Assembly (NCBI GenBank): GCA_029558955.1
Contig: JAKQCW010000150.1
Location: forward strand, 18,079-82,078
Origin: Chloroflexota bacterium
GTDB lineage: Bacteria > Chloroflexota > Anaerolineae > JAAEKA01
Length of the DNA stretch: 64,000 nucleotides
Direction: 5' to 3'
Shown here: positions 39,210 to 49,679 of the stretch, in pieces
How the letters are laid out: each line of letters starts with the position of its first letter
How positions within the stretch are numbered: the first letter of the stretch is position 1
Position numbers and translations under genes: made by a program
The notes under the pieces: generated by a model
What the model saw: only the letters and a program-made list of their open reading frames with translations
Database searches by the model: none
What the model was told of the DNA's origin: nothing

Positions 39210-40307
39210 ATGTCCGAGATCATGATCGAAAATGTCACCAAACGTTTCGGCAACTTCACAGCGGTGGACAACGTCTCGCTGACTGTCGCCAACCAGGAGT
39301 TCATGGTGCTGCTGGGCCCCAGCGGTTGCGGCAAGACCACCCTGTTGCGCGCCATCGCCGGACTGGGCATGCCCGACGATGGCCGCATCAGCATCGGCGG
39401 GCACGATGTGACCTACCTGGCCCCGCGCGACCGGCACATCTCCATGGTTTTCCAGAGCTATGCCATCTTCCCGCACATGGACGTCTTCGACAACATCGCC
39501 TTTGGACTGAAGATGCAGAAGATGGGCAAAGCCGAGATCCAGGAGCGCGTCAAGCAGGCGGCCGAAATGATGCACATCGAGCAGATGCTGGATCGTTTTC
39601 CCTCCAAGATGAGCGGCGGCCAGCGCCAGCGAGTGGCCGTGGCGCGCGCCATCGCCATGCAGGCCCAGGTATTGCTGATGGACGAGCCGCTGAGCAACCT
39701 GGATGCGCTGCTGCGGCTGGAGATGCGGGCCGAATTGAAACGGCTGCTGGCAGAGCTGGGCGCCACGACCATCTACGTCACCCACGACCAGATCGAGGCC
39801 ATGAGCATGGGCGACCGCATCGCGGTGATGCGCGCCGGCATCATCGAACAGGTGAGCAGTCCCACCACGATCTATGATTTTCCGGCCAACCAGTTCATCG
39901 GCGGCTTCATCGGCACGCCGCCCATGAATTTCCTCCACGGCCAGATGCAGCGCCAGAACGGCCACAGCGTGGTGCGCATCGGCGAGTTCGACCTGACGCC
40001 CCAGCCGCTGATGCAGCCGCTGTTGGCCTCCTACGACGGCAAGCCCATCGTGGTCGGCATCCGCGCTGAGAACATGGAGACGCTGTCCAGCCCGGCCGAG
40101 GGTGCGCTGCGCGCCAGCGTGCTGGTGGTCGAGCCGCTGGGTTCGCAGAATCTCCTGACGGTCAAACTGGGTGACAGCCAGATGAAAGTCTCTACCCACC
40201 CTGATTTCACCACGCAGCCCGACGCCGATGTCTGGCTTCGTTTCCCAGCCGACAAGATCCGCTGGATCGATCCGGACACGAAGCGGGCGTTGTATCCGAA
40301 TGCGTGA
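39210..40307 (+). CDS. Sugar ABC transporter ATP-binding protein (MalK/UgpC-like).
   Basis: It has Walker A GPSGCGKTT, LSGGQRQRVAVARA, LLMDEP and a C-terminal TOBE domain. RBS AAGGAGA. Confidence 0.9.
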   Translation: MSEIMIENVTKRFGNFTAVDNVSLTVANQEFMVLLGPSGCGKTTLLRAIAGLGMPDDGRISIGGHDVTYLAPRDRHISMVFQSYAIFPHMDVFDNIAFGLKMQKMGKAEIQERVKQAAEMMHIEQMLDRFPSKMSGGQRQRVAVARAIAMQAQVLLMDEPLSNLDALLRLEMRAELKRLLAELGATTIYVTHDQIEAMSMGDRIAVMRAGIIEQVSSPTTIYDFPANQFIGGFIGTPPMNFLHGQMQRQNGHSVVRIGEFDLTPQPLMQPLLASYDGKPIVVGIRAENMETLSSPAEGALRASVLVVEPLGSQNLLTVKLGDSQMKVSTHPDFTTQPDADVWLRFPADKIRWIDPDTKRALYPNA

Positions 40308-40400
40308 CGAGTAATGCGTAACCCGTAACCCGGAATAGCCTCCCGCTTGCGCTCACTTCGGGTTACGCATTACCTGGTACGAGTTACGGGTTAAGACCCT
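40300..40400. repeat. Family A CGTAAC palindromic repeat.
   Basis: acgagtaatgcgtaacccgtaacccgg ... cgggttacgcattacctggtacgagttacgggtta. Confidence 0.5.
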
Positions 40401-40418
40401 GAATTCTGTAAACCACCC

Positions 40419-41714
40419 ATGAACATCGCCTTCATTTCAACCCGCATCGCCGGCGTCGACGGGGTGTCGCTGGAGATTGCCAAACTGGCCATGATCTTGC
40501 GCCGGCTGGGGCATCACTGCTGCTTCTGCGCCGGTGAGCTGGACGCCAGCTTTGCGCCCGGTTTCCTCGTTCCAGAGATGCACTTCACCCATCCCGAGGC
40601 GCTGTGGATCCATGACCATTGCTTCGGAACGACGGAGGCTGCGCCCGGGCTGCGGGAGCGCATCGAGGCGCAGGCTGCCCGGCTGCACACGGCCATTGCC
40701 CGTTTTGTGGATGAACAACGCGTCGACGTGCTCTTCACCCAGAACGCGCTGTCGATACCCATGCAGGTCCCCCTGGGCGTGGCGCTGACCGACTTCATCG
40801 CCGCGACCGCCATCCCCACCCTGGCCCACAACCATGATCTGGCCTGGGAGCGGGAACGGTTCGCGGTCAACTGCATCCCCGATCTCCTGGAACGCTGCTT
40901 CCCGCCGGCTCTGCCCTCGGTGCAGCATCTGGTCATCAACTCGTTGGCTCAAACGGCGCTGCGGGAGCGCAAGGGCGTCGAGGCCGTGCTGCTGCCCAAC
41001 ATTTTCGACTTCGCTGCGGCCGCGCCGGCCATGACCCCTTTCAACGCCGATCTGCGCGCCAACCTGGGGCTGACCGACGACCACCTGCTGATCCTGCAGC
41101 CGACGCGCGTCATCCCCCGCAAGGGCATCGAACTGGCCATCGAGCTGGTGCGCCGGCTGCGGGAGCCGCAAAACCGGCGACGGCTGTTGGGCAAAGAGCC
41201 GGTGTTGGTCATCAGCCACTATGCCGGCGATGAGGGGCTGGCCTATCTGGCGAAGCTGCACGCGCTGGCCAGCGCGGCCGGCGCGCCGTTGATCTATGCG
41301 GCTGAGCATTTCGCGGCCGAGCCTGGCGTGACCGGCGGTCGCAAGGTCTACTCGTTGTGGGATGGCTACGTCCACGCCGATTTCGTCGCCTATCCCAGCC
41401 TGATCGAGGGTTTTGGCAATGCTCTGCTGGAGACGCTTTACTTCCGCCTGCCCGCGCTGGTCAACCGTTACGCCGTCTACACGGCCGACATCGCGCCCCG
41501 GGGATTCGACCTGATCGAAATCGACGCGCAGAATGACCCGGGCAACCTGGCCGCCATCACCGACGAGACAGTGGACGCGACTATCTGTGCCATCACCGAC
41601 CCCGTGCGCCGCCGTCGCATGGTCGAGTGGAACTACCAGCGGGCCCGCGAGAGCTATTCGTTCGAGGCGGTAACGCCGCTGCTCGCCAGCTTGTTGCAGG
41701 GATTGGCGCACTGA
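40419..41714 (+). CDS. GT4-family glycosyltransferase (compatible-solute-type, possibly mannosylglucosylglycerate/glucosylglycerate synthase-like).
   Basis: The product is 431 aa with a GT-B fold and a C-terminal E..E motif region (..IEGFGNALLETLYFRLPALVNRY..). Confidence 0.6.
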   Translation: MNIAFISTRIAGVDGVSLEIAKLAMILRRLGHHCCFCAGELDASFAPGFLVPEMHFTHPEALWIHDHCFGTTEAAPGLRERIEAQAARLHTAIARFVDEQRVDVLFTQNALSIPMQVPLGVALTDFIAATAIPTLAHNHDLAWERERFAVNCIPDLLERCFPPALPSVQHLVINSLAQTALRERKGVEAVLLPNIFDFAAAAPAMTPFNADLRANLGLTDDHLLILQPTRVIPRKGIELAIELVRRLREPQNRRRLLGKEPVLVISHYAGDEGLAYLAKLHALASAAGAPLIYAAEHFAAEPGVTGGRKVYSLWDGYVHADFVAYPSLIEGFGNALLETLYFRLPALVNRYAVYTADIAPRGFDLIEIDAQNDPGNLAAITDETVDATICAITDPVRRRRMVEWNYQRARESYSFEAVTPLLASLLQGLAH

Positions 41715-41729
41715 GAAGGGAGACAATAC

Positions 41730-42959
41730 ATGCGAATCGAAGTTCCTCATGATACTGAACGTCTCGGCGCTGTGCTGGTTCACGGTGTTCAGAAGGTGTT
41801 CGAGCTGGACTCTAGTCTGCTGGAGAGCGGGACGGAGGAATCGAAGATCGACCAGATCATCAGACCTATCGCCATCCAGGCCTGCCACGCCATCGAGCGC
41901 GAGATGGCCATCGTGGTTCCCGTCCACGGGGAACGGATCAAGCTGGTGGAGGGAGTATTGTGCGGCATACCTAACCACTGCCTGACCATCATCTGTTCCA
42001 ACAGCGCGCGCGAGCCGGTGGATCGTTATGCCATTGAGTTGGCGGCGTTTCTGCGCTACTCGCACTTCACCCAGAAGCGGCTGATCATTGTCCACCAGAA
42101 GGACCCGACGCTGGCCGAGGCCTTTCGCAACGCGGGCTTTCCGCAGATCCTGGACGAGCGCGACGGTCTGATCCGCAGCGGCAAGGCCGAGGGCATGGTG
42201 TTGGCCACGGTGCTGGCCAAGCTGGCTGGCAGCAAGGCTATCGGCTTCGTCGACTCTGACAACTACTTTCCCGGCGCGGTGCTGGAGTACGTGCGTGAGT
42301 ACTCGGCCGGGCTGTCCATGAGCAACTCGCCTTACGCCATGGTGCGCATCTCCTGGCACAGCAAGCCCAAGGTGATCGAGCAGGGGTTGTTCTTCGCCCG
42401 CTATGGCCGCACCAGCCGCACCACCAACCGCTACCTGAATCAACTCATCGCCGAGTATTCAGGCTTCGAGACCGAGATCATCACCACCGGCAACGCTGGC
42501 GAGCACGCCATGACCATGGCTCTGGCCATGCAGTTGGACTATTCGTCGGGCTACTCCATCGAGCCGTACCACTTCATCAATCTGTTCGAGAAGTTCGGCG
42601 GCCTGGACGAGCGCGCTCTGGACCGCGAGATGATTCGTCAGAACATCGAGATCTTCCAGATCGAGTCGCGCAACCCACATATGCACGATGTGGCCAAAGG
42701 CGACGAGCATATCGACGCCATGGCCTACGCGGCCATGCGGGTGATCCACGATTCCCCCATCTGTCCGCCCAAGCTGCGCGATGAGCTGGCCGAGGAGATC
42801 GATCGCCTGTTGGGTCGCAACCTGGTCCATGGCGAAGGCCCGACCGCGGTGCGCTATTACCCCACGCTCTCCGGCATCGACCTAGAGGCGTTTCGCGCGA
42901 CGATCCGCCAGCAGCCGTACGCGACGCATCTCTTGGGTGATGCGTCGCAGCCGTCTTGA
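41730..42959 (+). CDS. Putative mannosyl-3-phosphoglycerate synthase-like glycosyltransferase (GT55/GT81-like, GT-A fold).
   Basis: The 409-aa product has the acidic ..GFVDSDNYFPGAV.. DxD-like motif. The genomic context (HAD MpgP-like phosphatase and GH38 nearby) supports an assignment to glycosyl-glycerate compatible-solute synthesis. The family call is from memory only. Confidence 0.4.
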   Translation: MRIEVPHDTERLGAVLVHGVQKVFELDSSLLESGTEESKIDQIIRPIAIQACHAIEREMAIVVPVHGERIKLVEGVLCGIPNHCLTIICSNSAREPVDRYAIELAAFLRYSHFTQKRLIIVHQKDPTLAEAFRNAGFPQILDERDGLIRSGKAEGMVLATVLAKLAGSKAIGFVDSDNYFPGAVLEYVREYSAGLSMSNSPYAMVRISWHSKPKVIEQGLFFARYGRTSRTTNRYLNQLIAEYSGFETEIITTGNAGEHAMTMALAMQLDYSSGYSIEPYHFINLFEKFGGLDERALDREMIRQNIEIFQIESRNPHMHDVAKGDEHIDAMAYAAMRVIHDSPICPPKLRDELAEEIDRLLGRNLVHGEGPTAVRYYPTLSGIDLEAFRATIRQQPYATHLLGDASQPS

Positions 42960-43054
42960 CGATCGCTTCGGCCAGTCTCCGACCGATCTCGTCCGCTTTC
43001 ATCCATTGAAGCGCCGGCCCCGCTGGCGCGCGCGCGGTCCCGGAGAATCCCCAC

Positions 43055-46000
43055 ATGCAGCATCCTCTCCATCATTCCCACACCTCTGCTTCTGCCCAAC
43101 CCCTGACCATCCACCTGATCACCCACAACCACTGGGACCGGGAGTGGATCTTCACCGCCCGCTATGCCAACCGCTGGCTGCTCCCTTTTTTCGACAACCT
43201 GCTCGCGCGGCTGGCTGAGCAACCTGACTATCGTTTCGTGCTGGATGGTCAGACGTTGATCATCGAGGACTATCTGGCGCAGCTCGCGCCGGAGAAGGCC
43301 GCCCAGCGCGAGCGCGATATCCGTCGTTTTGCCCGCTCCGGCCAGCTTCTCCTCGGCCCAGCCTACTTGCAGCCAGATTGGAGCCTGGTCAGCGGCGAGT
43401 CTCTGGTGCGCAACCTGTTGATCGGCGACCGCGTGGCTCGTCGCTACGGCGCGCCTATGAAGGCCGCCTGGCTGTTGGACAACTTCGGCCAGGTGGCCCA
43501 GGCGCCGCAGATCCTGGCCGGTTTTGGCATCGAGGGCGCGTTCGTCTGGCGCGGGATTGAGATGCCGCCGGAGCAACTGCGCACCGAGTTCTGGTGGCAG
43601 GCGCCCGATGGCACGAGGGTGCTTGGCGTCTACTTGCTGGACAGCTACCGCAACGCCATGGTGTTGAGCATGACCCGGGAGATCGCCCAGCAGCGCATCC
43701 TCGCCCACACCGGGACCTTGCAGCGTTTCGCGACCACGCCCAACGTGCTGCTGATGAACGGCTATGAGCAGGTGCCGCAACCCGACGACGTGCTGCCCAT
43801 CATCGCGCAGTTCAACCAGCAGCATGGGCCGGCCATGCGGGCCGTGCAGAGCACGCCGCCAGACTACCTGGCCGCCGTGCAGGCCTATCAGCCCGACTTG
43901 CCCGTGTTGACCGGCTATTTTTACAGCGGCCGCTATGCGCCCATTCTCAAAGGCGTCTACTCCAGTCGCAGCTATCTGAACCAGCAGAACAACGAGTGCC
44001 AGCGGGAGCTGGAACGTTGGGCCGAGAAGTTCAGCACCTTCGCGTGGGCCTACGGCTCCGACTACCCGACTGAACGCATGCTCAAGGCCTGGAAGACGTT
44101 GCTGCTCAACCACACCCACGACGATCTGTGCGGCTGCTGCATCGACCCCATCGCCCGGGATATGGTCGAGCGCTTCGCAGAGGTGGACCGTTCGGCGCGC
44201 ATCATGTCGGGCGAGAGCCTGCAAGCCATCGCCCAATCGGTGGACACCACACAGGCGCCCGGCCCCGGCATCGTGATTTTCAACCCTTCCTCGCGCGTTC
44301 GCAGCGAGGTGGTAGGAATCGGCATCGAGGTCCCGGAGAGCTGGGAGAGCTTCTCGCTGGTGGATGGCCAGGGCCAGCCGTTGCCCTACCAGGTGCAGAA
44401 CAGCATCGGATCGCGCACCGAACTGTATCTGTGGGCGGCCGACGTGCCCTCGGTGGGCTATCGCATCTTCTATCTGACCCCGCAGGCATCCCCAGCCGCG
44501 CCGGCGGCGTCGCCTGTGGTCACCGCTTCGGCCGCAGATCAGCGCATGGAAAATCAGCACCTGGCAGTCGCCATCGAGGCCGACGGCGCGCTGACCGTCC
44601 ACGACAAGGCGCGTGGGCGCGTCTACGCCGGGTTGGGCTATTTCGAGGACGGCGGCGACTGCGGCGATACCTACGACTACTCCTACCCGGCCGAGGACCA
44701 GGTGATTCTGAGCCGCGGCGGCGAGGCCAGGGTGACGCTGGAGGTCGCCGGTCCGCTGCTGGCCCGCTTTCGCATCGAGACGGAGCTGGTGTTGCCGGCC
44801 AGCCTGGCCGCCGATCGCCAGTCGCGCAGCCCAGAGCGGCGCGTGCTGCCCATCATCTCTTTTGTGGAGCTGGCCGCCCACAGCCGCCACGTCGAGGTAC
44901 GCACGACCATCAGCAACACGGTCAAGGATCACCGACTGCGGGTACTCTTCCCCAGCGGCGTCCAGACTGAAGTCGCCCATGTCGGCATGCCCTTCGATGT
45001 GGCAGAGTTCCCGGTCGAGGAGAGCGGCAACAACGGCGAACTGCCTCCACAACTGGCCGGGCTGATGCTGGCCGGCCGCTACATCGCACCGGTCAACACC
45101 CATCCGTTTCAAGATTTCGTCAGCCTGGTGGATGCTCAGGCGGGGCTGACCGTGTTCAGCCGCGGGCTCAACGAGTTTCAGGTGTTGCCGGAGCAAGGCA
45201 ACGCCATCGCCTTGACCATGCTGCGCAGCGTGGGTTGGCTGGCGCGGTCCGACCTGTTGACCCGCATCGGCGACGTGGGGCCGCACATTTTCACGCCCGA
45301 AGCACAGGGATTGGGGGAGCAGACTTTCGAATATGGCATCTATCCCCACGGCCCAGACCTGTGGGCCGCCAACCCGCACTACGAATCCGACCGCCACGCG
45401 CTCAAGTTCCGCGCCGTGCGCACCGACGCTCACCCCGGCCGGCTGCCTGGCGAGCTTTCCTTCCTTTCCTGGATCGTCCAGGTCCCAGCCTACGCCTTCA
45501 AACTGACAGCCCTGAAGCATTCCGAGGCCGAGGACGGGCTGATCGTGCGCCTTTACAACGCCTGTGACCAAGAGGCGCGCGGCCAGTTGCGGTTGGGCGG
45601 TCTGGTGGTCAAAGCCTGGCGCGCCAATCTGAACGAGGAGCCGCTGGCTGAGCTGCCCGTGCAGGATGGCAACATCCCTGTAGTCGCCAAACCCAAGGAG
45701 ATCGTCACCCTCAAGGTCAAGCTGTCGCGCTCGCGGCTGATCTACGACTTCCCATCCGCGGCGACGCGTATCCTGCCCCCACTGACGCCGCGCGCGGATT
45801 TCGCCGTGGACGATCCACCCCTGCTCTTGAGCGAGGAAGAGGTGCACAGCGAGCAGATGCGCGCGCAGACTCTGAGCGAGGGGCTGCACGTCATCCGCAG
45901 CGACATTTACGACCTCCAGGAGGCCATCGAACGCCAGGCCGAGCCGCCGGTGCAACAGCTTGCCGCGCTGCAGAAGCTCAAAGGCCAAGAGGCCACTCTG

Positions 46001-46174
46001 GCCCGCCAGTACCACGAGGCGCGCATCTCGGCCTTGCTCAACCAGCAGCTCCTGATCACCCATCAGATCGAGACCGAGTTGGATGGCATCGGCGAGCAGC
46101 TCAACTGGGCCCGCGTGCGCAAGCGTGTGGGCGAGTTCTTGATCCATTACTACGATGGATTGATGAGCCAGTGA
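43055..46174 (+). CDS. GH38 alpha-mannosidase (mannosylglycerate hydrolase MngB-like).
   Basis: It has the N-terminal HLITHNHWDREW (the GH38 H-x-H-x-D-x-x-W signature) and is 1039 aa. Confidence 0.8.
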   Translation: MQHPLHHSHTSASAQPLTIHLITHNHWDREWIFTARYANRWLLPFFDNLLARLAEQPDYRFVLDGQTLIIEDYLAQLAPEKAAQRERDIRRFARSGQLLLGPAYLQPDWSLVSGESLVRNLLIGDRVARRYGAPMKAAWLLDNFGQVAQAPQILAGFGIEGAFVWRGIEMPPEQLRTEFWWQAPDGTRVLGVYLLDSYRNAMVLSMTREIAQQRILAHTGTLQRFATTPNVLLMNGYEQVPQPDDVLPIIAQFNQQHGPAMRAVQSTPPDYLAAVQAYQPDLPVLTGYFYSGRYAPILKGVYSSRSYLNQQNNECQRELERWAEKFSTFAWAYGSDYPTERMLKAWKTLLLNHTHDDLCGCCIDPIARDMVERFAEVDRSARIMSGESLQAIAQSVDTTQAPGPGIVIFNPSSRVRSEVVGIGIEVPESWESFSLVDGQGQPLPYQVQNSIGSRTELYLWAADVPSVGYRIFYLTPQASPAAPAASPVVTASAADQRMENQHLAVAIEADGALTVHDKARGRVYAGLGYFEDGGDCGDTYDYSYPAEDQVILSRGGEARVTLEVAGPLLARFRIETELVLPASLAADRQSRSPERRVLPIISFVELAAHSRHVEVRTTISNTVKDHRLRVLFPSGVQTEVAHVGMPFDVAEFPVEESGNNGELPPQLAGLMLAGRYIAPVNTHPFQDFVSLVDAQAGLTVFSRGLNEFQVLPEQGNAIALTMLRSVGWLARSDLLTRIGDVGPHIFTPEAQGLGEQTFEYGIYPHGPDLWAANPHYESDRHALKFRAVRTDAHPGRLPGELSFLSWIVQVPAYAFKLTALKHSEAEDGLIVRLYNACDQEARGQLRLGGLVVKAWRANLNEEPLAELPVQDGNIPVVAKPKEIVTLKVKLSRSRLIYDFPSAATRILPPLTPRADFAVDDPPLLLSEEEVHSEQMRAQTLSEGLHVIRSDIYDLQEAIERQAEPPVQQLAALQKLKGQEATLARQYHEARISALLNQQLLITHQIETELDGIGEQLNWARVRKRVGEFLIHYYDGLMSQ

Positions 46175-46222
46175 ACGGATATCGGATCACCGACCCCTGA
46201 TCGCCGACCACCGGTTACCGAG

Positions 46223-47092
46223 ATGCCCCATCCTGTCATCTTCACGGATATCGACGGCACGCTGCTGGATCTGGAGACCTATAGCCATGCGGCCAGTGCG
46301 GATGCAGCGGCGCGGCTGGTGGCGGCCGGCGTGCCGGTGGTGCTGTGCTCATCCAAAACCCGGGCGGAGCAGGAGCCGCTGCGGGCAGCGCTGGGCATTC
46401 CTGATCCGTTCATCGTCGAAAACGGCAGCGCGATCATCGCGCCGCCGGGCTACTTCGAGTTTGACCTGGACGCCGTTGGATGCGCGCCGGATCGGGCCGG
46501 CGAGCTGGCCTTGGGCGTCGAGGCAGCCGTCATCCGCCGGGCGCTGGTCGAGATCCGCCGCACGACGGGGCTGGCGCTGGTGGGCTACGCCGACCTGAGC
46601 GATGAGGAGGTGGCCGCCGTGACCGGCCTCGCCGTGACCGCAGCCCACCTCGCCCGCCAGCGGGACTACAGCGAGACCATCGTCAGCCCGCTGGCGCCGG
46701 CCGAGTTGGCAGCGTTGCGCGCCGCGCTGGCGGCGCGCGGGCTGGCTGTGGCCCATGGCGGCCGCTTCTACACCGTCAGCGGCGCAGCCAGCGACAAAGG
46801 CGTGGCCGTGCGACGGTGTACCCAGTTGCTGCGCCGCCAGTTGGGCGAGATCTTCACCATCGGCGTCGGCGACAGCGCCAACGATCTGCCCCTGCTGGCC
46901 GCAGTGGATCGTCCCTGTCTGGTGCGGCGTCCGGTCGGCGATTGGTGCGACGCGGGCGAATTGCCGGTGACGCGGCTCTCCGGCGTCGGCCCGCTGGGCT
47001 GGTGCGAGCTGGCCGAGGAAGTGTTGGCGCTGCATTCTCGTCCTGACCTTCGTCTCCAGCAAGAGAAAGAGCGTGCGGTGGTAGCATGGTGA
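46223..47092 (+). CDS. HAD-IIB phosphatase, mannosyl-3-phosphoglycerate phosphatase (MpgP/YedP)-like.
   Basis: It has HAD motif I FTDIDGTLLD and motif IV GDSANDLPLL. Confidence 0.7.
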   Translation: MPHPVIFTDIDGTLLDLETYSHAASADAAARLVAAGVPVVLCSSKTRAEQEPLRAALGIPDPFIVENGSAIIAPPGYFEFDLDAVGCAPDRAGELALGVEAAVIRRALVEIRRTTGLALVGYADLSDEEVAAVTGLAVTAAHLARQRDYSETIVSPLAPAELAALRAALAARGLAVAHGGRFYTVSGAASDKGVAVRRCTQLLRRQLGEIFTIGVGDSANDLPLLAAVDRPCLVRRPVGDWCDAGELPVTRLSGVGPLGWCELAEEVLALHSRPDLRLQQEKERAVVAW

Positions 47093-48846
47093 GTCCCGAA
47101 GAGCGTATTCAGCATTGGTTGGCATTTCTGTATGGCGCCGAACCTATGGCCGCGTTGTGGTCGAGCCTGGACGCCTTGCTGGCAGGTTTCAGGGCGCAGA
47201 TGGCGCGGGCCGGATCATGGGCGCCGCGCACCTTGCCAGGGCTAAGCCAGGAAGACGCCATCCTGATCACCTATGGGGACCAGATCAGCGAGCCGGGTGG
47301 TGCGACTCCGCCGCTGCGCACGCTCGCCCGGTTTCTGGATGCCGAGCTGGCCGGCAGCATCAGCGGCGTGCATATCCTGCCCTGCTTCCCCTACTCCTCC
47401 GACGACGGCTTCTCGGTGATCGACTATACACAGATTGACCCGGCGCTGGGCGATTGGGCCGACGTGGCGCGGCTGGGCGCGCGCTACCGGCTGATGTTCG
47501 ACTTCGTGGCCAACCACATCTCGCAGCACAGCGCCTGGTTCCAGGCCTACCGGCGCGGCGAGGCGCCTTATCACGGGTTCTTCATCGAAGTCGATCCGGC
47601 CGTCGATCTGTCGCAGGTGGTGCGGCCGCGCGCGCTGCCGCTCTTGACGGCGGTGGAGACCACGCGTGGGCCGCGCCACGTCTGGACCACCTTCAGCGCC
47701 GACCAGATCGACCTCGACTACGCCAATCCGGCCGTGCTGCTGACCATGACCGGGGTGTTGCTGCACTACGTGGCCCACGGCGCGGAGATCATCCGCCTGG
47801 ACGCCGTCGCCTACCTGTGGAAGCAGGTCGGCGCCTCCTGCATCCACCTGCCGCAGGCCCACGCTGTGATCAAGCTGTGGCGGGCCGTTCTGGACGCGGT
47901 CGCGCCGCATGTGCTGTTGATCACCGAGACCAACGTGCCCCACGCCGACAACATCAGCTACTTCGGCCAGACGCTGCCGGAGACCCGCGCCACCGACGAA
48001 GCACAACTGGTCTACAACTTCTCCCTGGCGCCGCTGACGCTGCACGCCCTGCTGACCGGCGACGCCGGCAAGCTGTCGGCCTGGGCCGCGACGCTGCAAG
48101 CGCCGGCTGGCGGCAGCTTTTTCAACTTCATCGCCTCCCACGACGGTATCGGCGTGCTGCCGGCGCGCGATATCCTGAGCGACGGCGAACTGCACACGCT
48201 GGTCGAGCGGACTCTGGCCCACGGCGGCCAGGTCAGCGTGCGCAGCCTGCCCGACGGCTCCCACACTCCCTACGAACTGAACATCACGCTGTACGACTTC
48301 CTCAATCGGCCGGGTCGGGCCGAGCTTGCGACCGACATCGCCCGCTTCCTGGCTTCGCAAGCCATTCTCTTGGCGCTGGCAGGCGTGCCGGGCATCTATG
48401 TTCACAGCCTGTTTGGCTCGCCCAACTGCCACGACTGCTTCGCCGAGACCGGACGGGCGCGTTCGCTCAACCGCAAAAAGTGGACCCTGGCTGAGCTGCG
48501 CCGTCTGCTGGCCGAGCCCCATGGCCAGGCGCGCCGCGTGTTCGATGGCTACCGGCGACTGCTCCACCTGCGCCGCGCCCAGCCGGCCTTTCATCCGGCC
48601 AGCAGCCAGCAGGTGTTGTATGGCGACCCGGCGCTTTTTACCCTGCTGCGCGGGGCTGAGCTGGAGAGGCCGCTGCTGTGCAGCGTCAATGTGTCGGACC
48701 GGCCGGCCACTCTGCGCCTCGACGCCGCCAGCCTGCCCGGCCGCGCCTGGCGCGATCTGCTCAGCGGGGAGGAATTTGTCGCGGCCGGTGCATATCTGAC
48801 TGCGCCGATGGATCTGTACCAGATCCGATGGCTGACGGTTGCGTAG
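47086..48846 (+). CDS. GH13_18 sucrose-phosphorylase-family glycoside phosphorylase (sucrose / glucosylglycerate / glucosylglycerol phosphorylase-like).
   Basis: It has ..FDFVANHIS.., ..IIRLDAVAY.., ..ITETN.. and ..ASHDGIGV.. motifs. The start overlaps the upstream stop. Confidence 0.7.
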   Translation: MVSPEERIQHWLAFLYGAEPMAALWSSLDALLAGFRAQMARAGSWAPRTLPGLSQEDAILITYGDQISEPGGATPPLRTLARFLDAELAGSISGVHILPCFPYSSDDGFSVIDYTQIDPALGDWADVARLGARYRLMFDFVANHISQHSAWFQAYRRGEAPYHGFFIEVDPAVDLSQVVRPRALPLLTAVETTRGPRHVWTTFSADQIDLDYANPAVLLTMTGVLLHYVAHGAEIIRLDAVAYLWKQVGASCIHLPQAHAVIKLWRAVLDAVAPHVLLITETNVPHADNISYFGQTLPETRATDEAQLVYNFSLAPLTLHALLTGDAGKLSAWAATLQAPAGGSFFNFIASHDGIGVLPARDILSDGELHTLVERTLAHGGQVSVRSLPDGSHTPYELNITLYDFLNRPGRAELATDIARFLASQAILLALAGVPGIYVHSLFGSPNCHDCFAETGRARSLNRKKWTLAELRRLLAEPHGQARRVFDGYRRLLHLRRAQPAFHPASSQQVLYGDPALFTLLRGAELERPLLCSVNVSDRPATLRLDAASLPGRAWRDLLSGEEFVAAGAYLTAPMDLYQIRWLTVA

Positions 48847-48902
48847 GCTGCCCGACCATCGGAGAACCTGGCCAAGGCCGCGGCCAAGGGGAAGAAGCGG
48901 CG

Positions 48903-49679
48903 CTAATAGGTCCGCCTGAACACAATCACATAGGAAAAGTGCTTGTACGGGGGCAGGGGGCAGTTGTCCACGGTGGGGCAGGTGTCGCCCAGCTTGCCGG
49001 CGATGTCCGCAGGCACAGGCGCGACCAGCGACATGGTGCGCGAGGTCTCGCTGCTCACCGGCTGGCCGCCCACGCTTTCCACCTTGAGGCGAAACTCCTC
49101 GCGGTCCATCAGGATCTCAGCTTTGCCCGGCCCCTTGTCGCCGGTGACGGCCTGGCCGGGGTAGGGCGCGGTGTTGACCAGCAGCGCCCCGTCGATGGGG
49201 TTGCCGGCTGCGTCGAGCACGGTGATGTAGATGTTGCGCTGCCCGCCCAGCTCGATGCCGCCGTTGTTCTCATCCAGGCCCAGCGCGCGCAGCTCGGCGA
49301 TGACGAAATCGACCGCCGGCGCCGGGGTGTTGGTCGGCGCGGCCGGCGCCGGTGTGGCGGTAGGGGCCGCGGGCGGGGCGGTCGGTGCAACGGCCACGGC
49401 TGTGGGCGTCGGCTGCGGCGCGGGGGTGGCGGTGGCCGGCGGCGCTGGCGTTTCAGTGGCCGTGGGCTCCGGCGTATCGGTCGGCGCAACCGTGGGCGTC
49501 GCCGACGGCGGCGGGCTCGGAGTCGTGGTGGGGGTGGCCGTCGCTGGCAGCGCCGTGGGCGTCACAGTCTTGGTGGGGGTGGGAGTGGCCGCTGGCTCGG
49601 CCGGGCCGCAGCCGGCCAGCAGCATGGCCAGCAGGCCCGTCAAGACAGCCAGGCAGATGAACCGCGTGGATCGCGCCAT
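48903..49679 (-). CDS. Lipoprotein with a Pro/Thr/Ala-rich linker, hypothetical.
   Basis: It has the signal plus lipobox LLAGC and about 100 aa of PT-rich low complexity, followed by a C-terminal globular domain. Confidence 0.5.
   Translation of the reverse strand: MARSTRFICLAVLTGLLAMLLAGCGPAEPAATPTPTKTVTPTALPATATPTTTPSPPPSATPTVAPTDTPEPTATETPAPPATATPAPQPTPTAVAVAPTAPPAAPTATPAPAAPTNTPAPAVDFVIAELRALGLDENNGGIELGGQRNIYITVLDAAGNPIDGALLVNTAPYPGQAVTGDKGPGKAEILMDREEFRLKVESVGGQPVSSETSRTMSLVAPVPADIAGKLGDTCPTVDNCPLPPYKHFSYVIVFRRTY

Noticed and set aside
42857-46147. 1096-aa minus-strand ORF.
   Set aside because: It is antisense to the GH38 alpha-mannosidase, which has the diagnostic HNHWDREW motif on the + strand.
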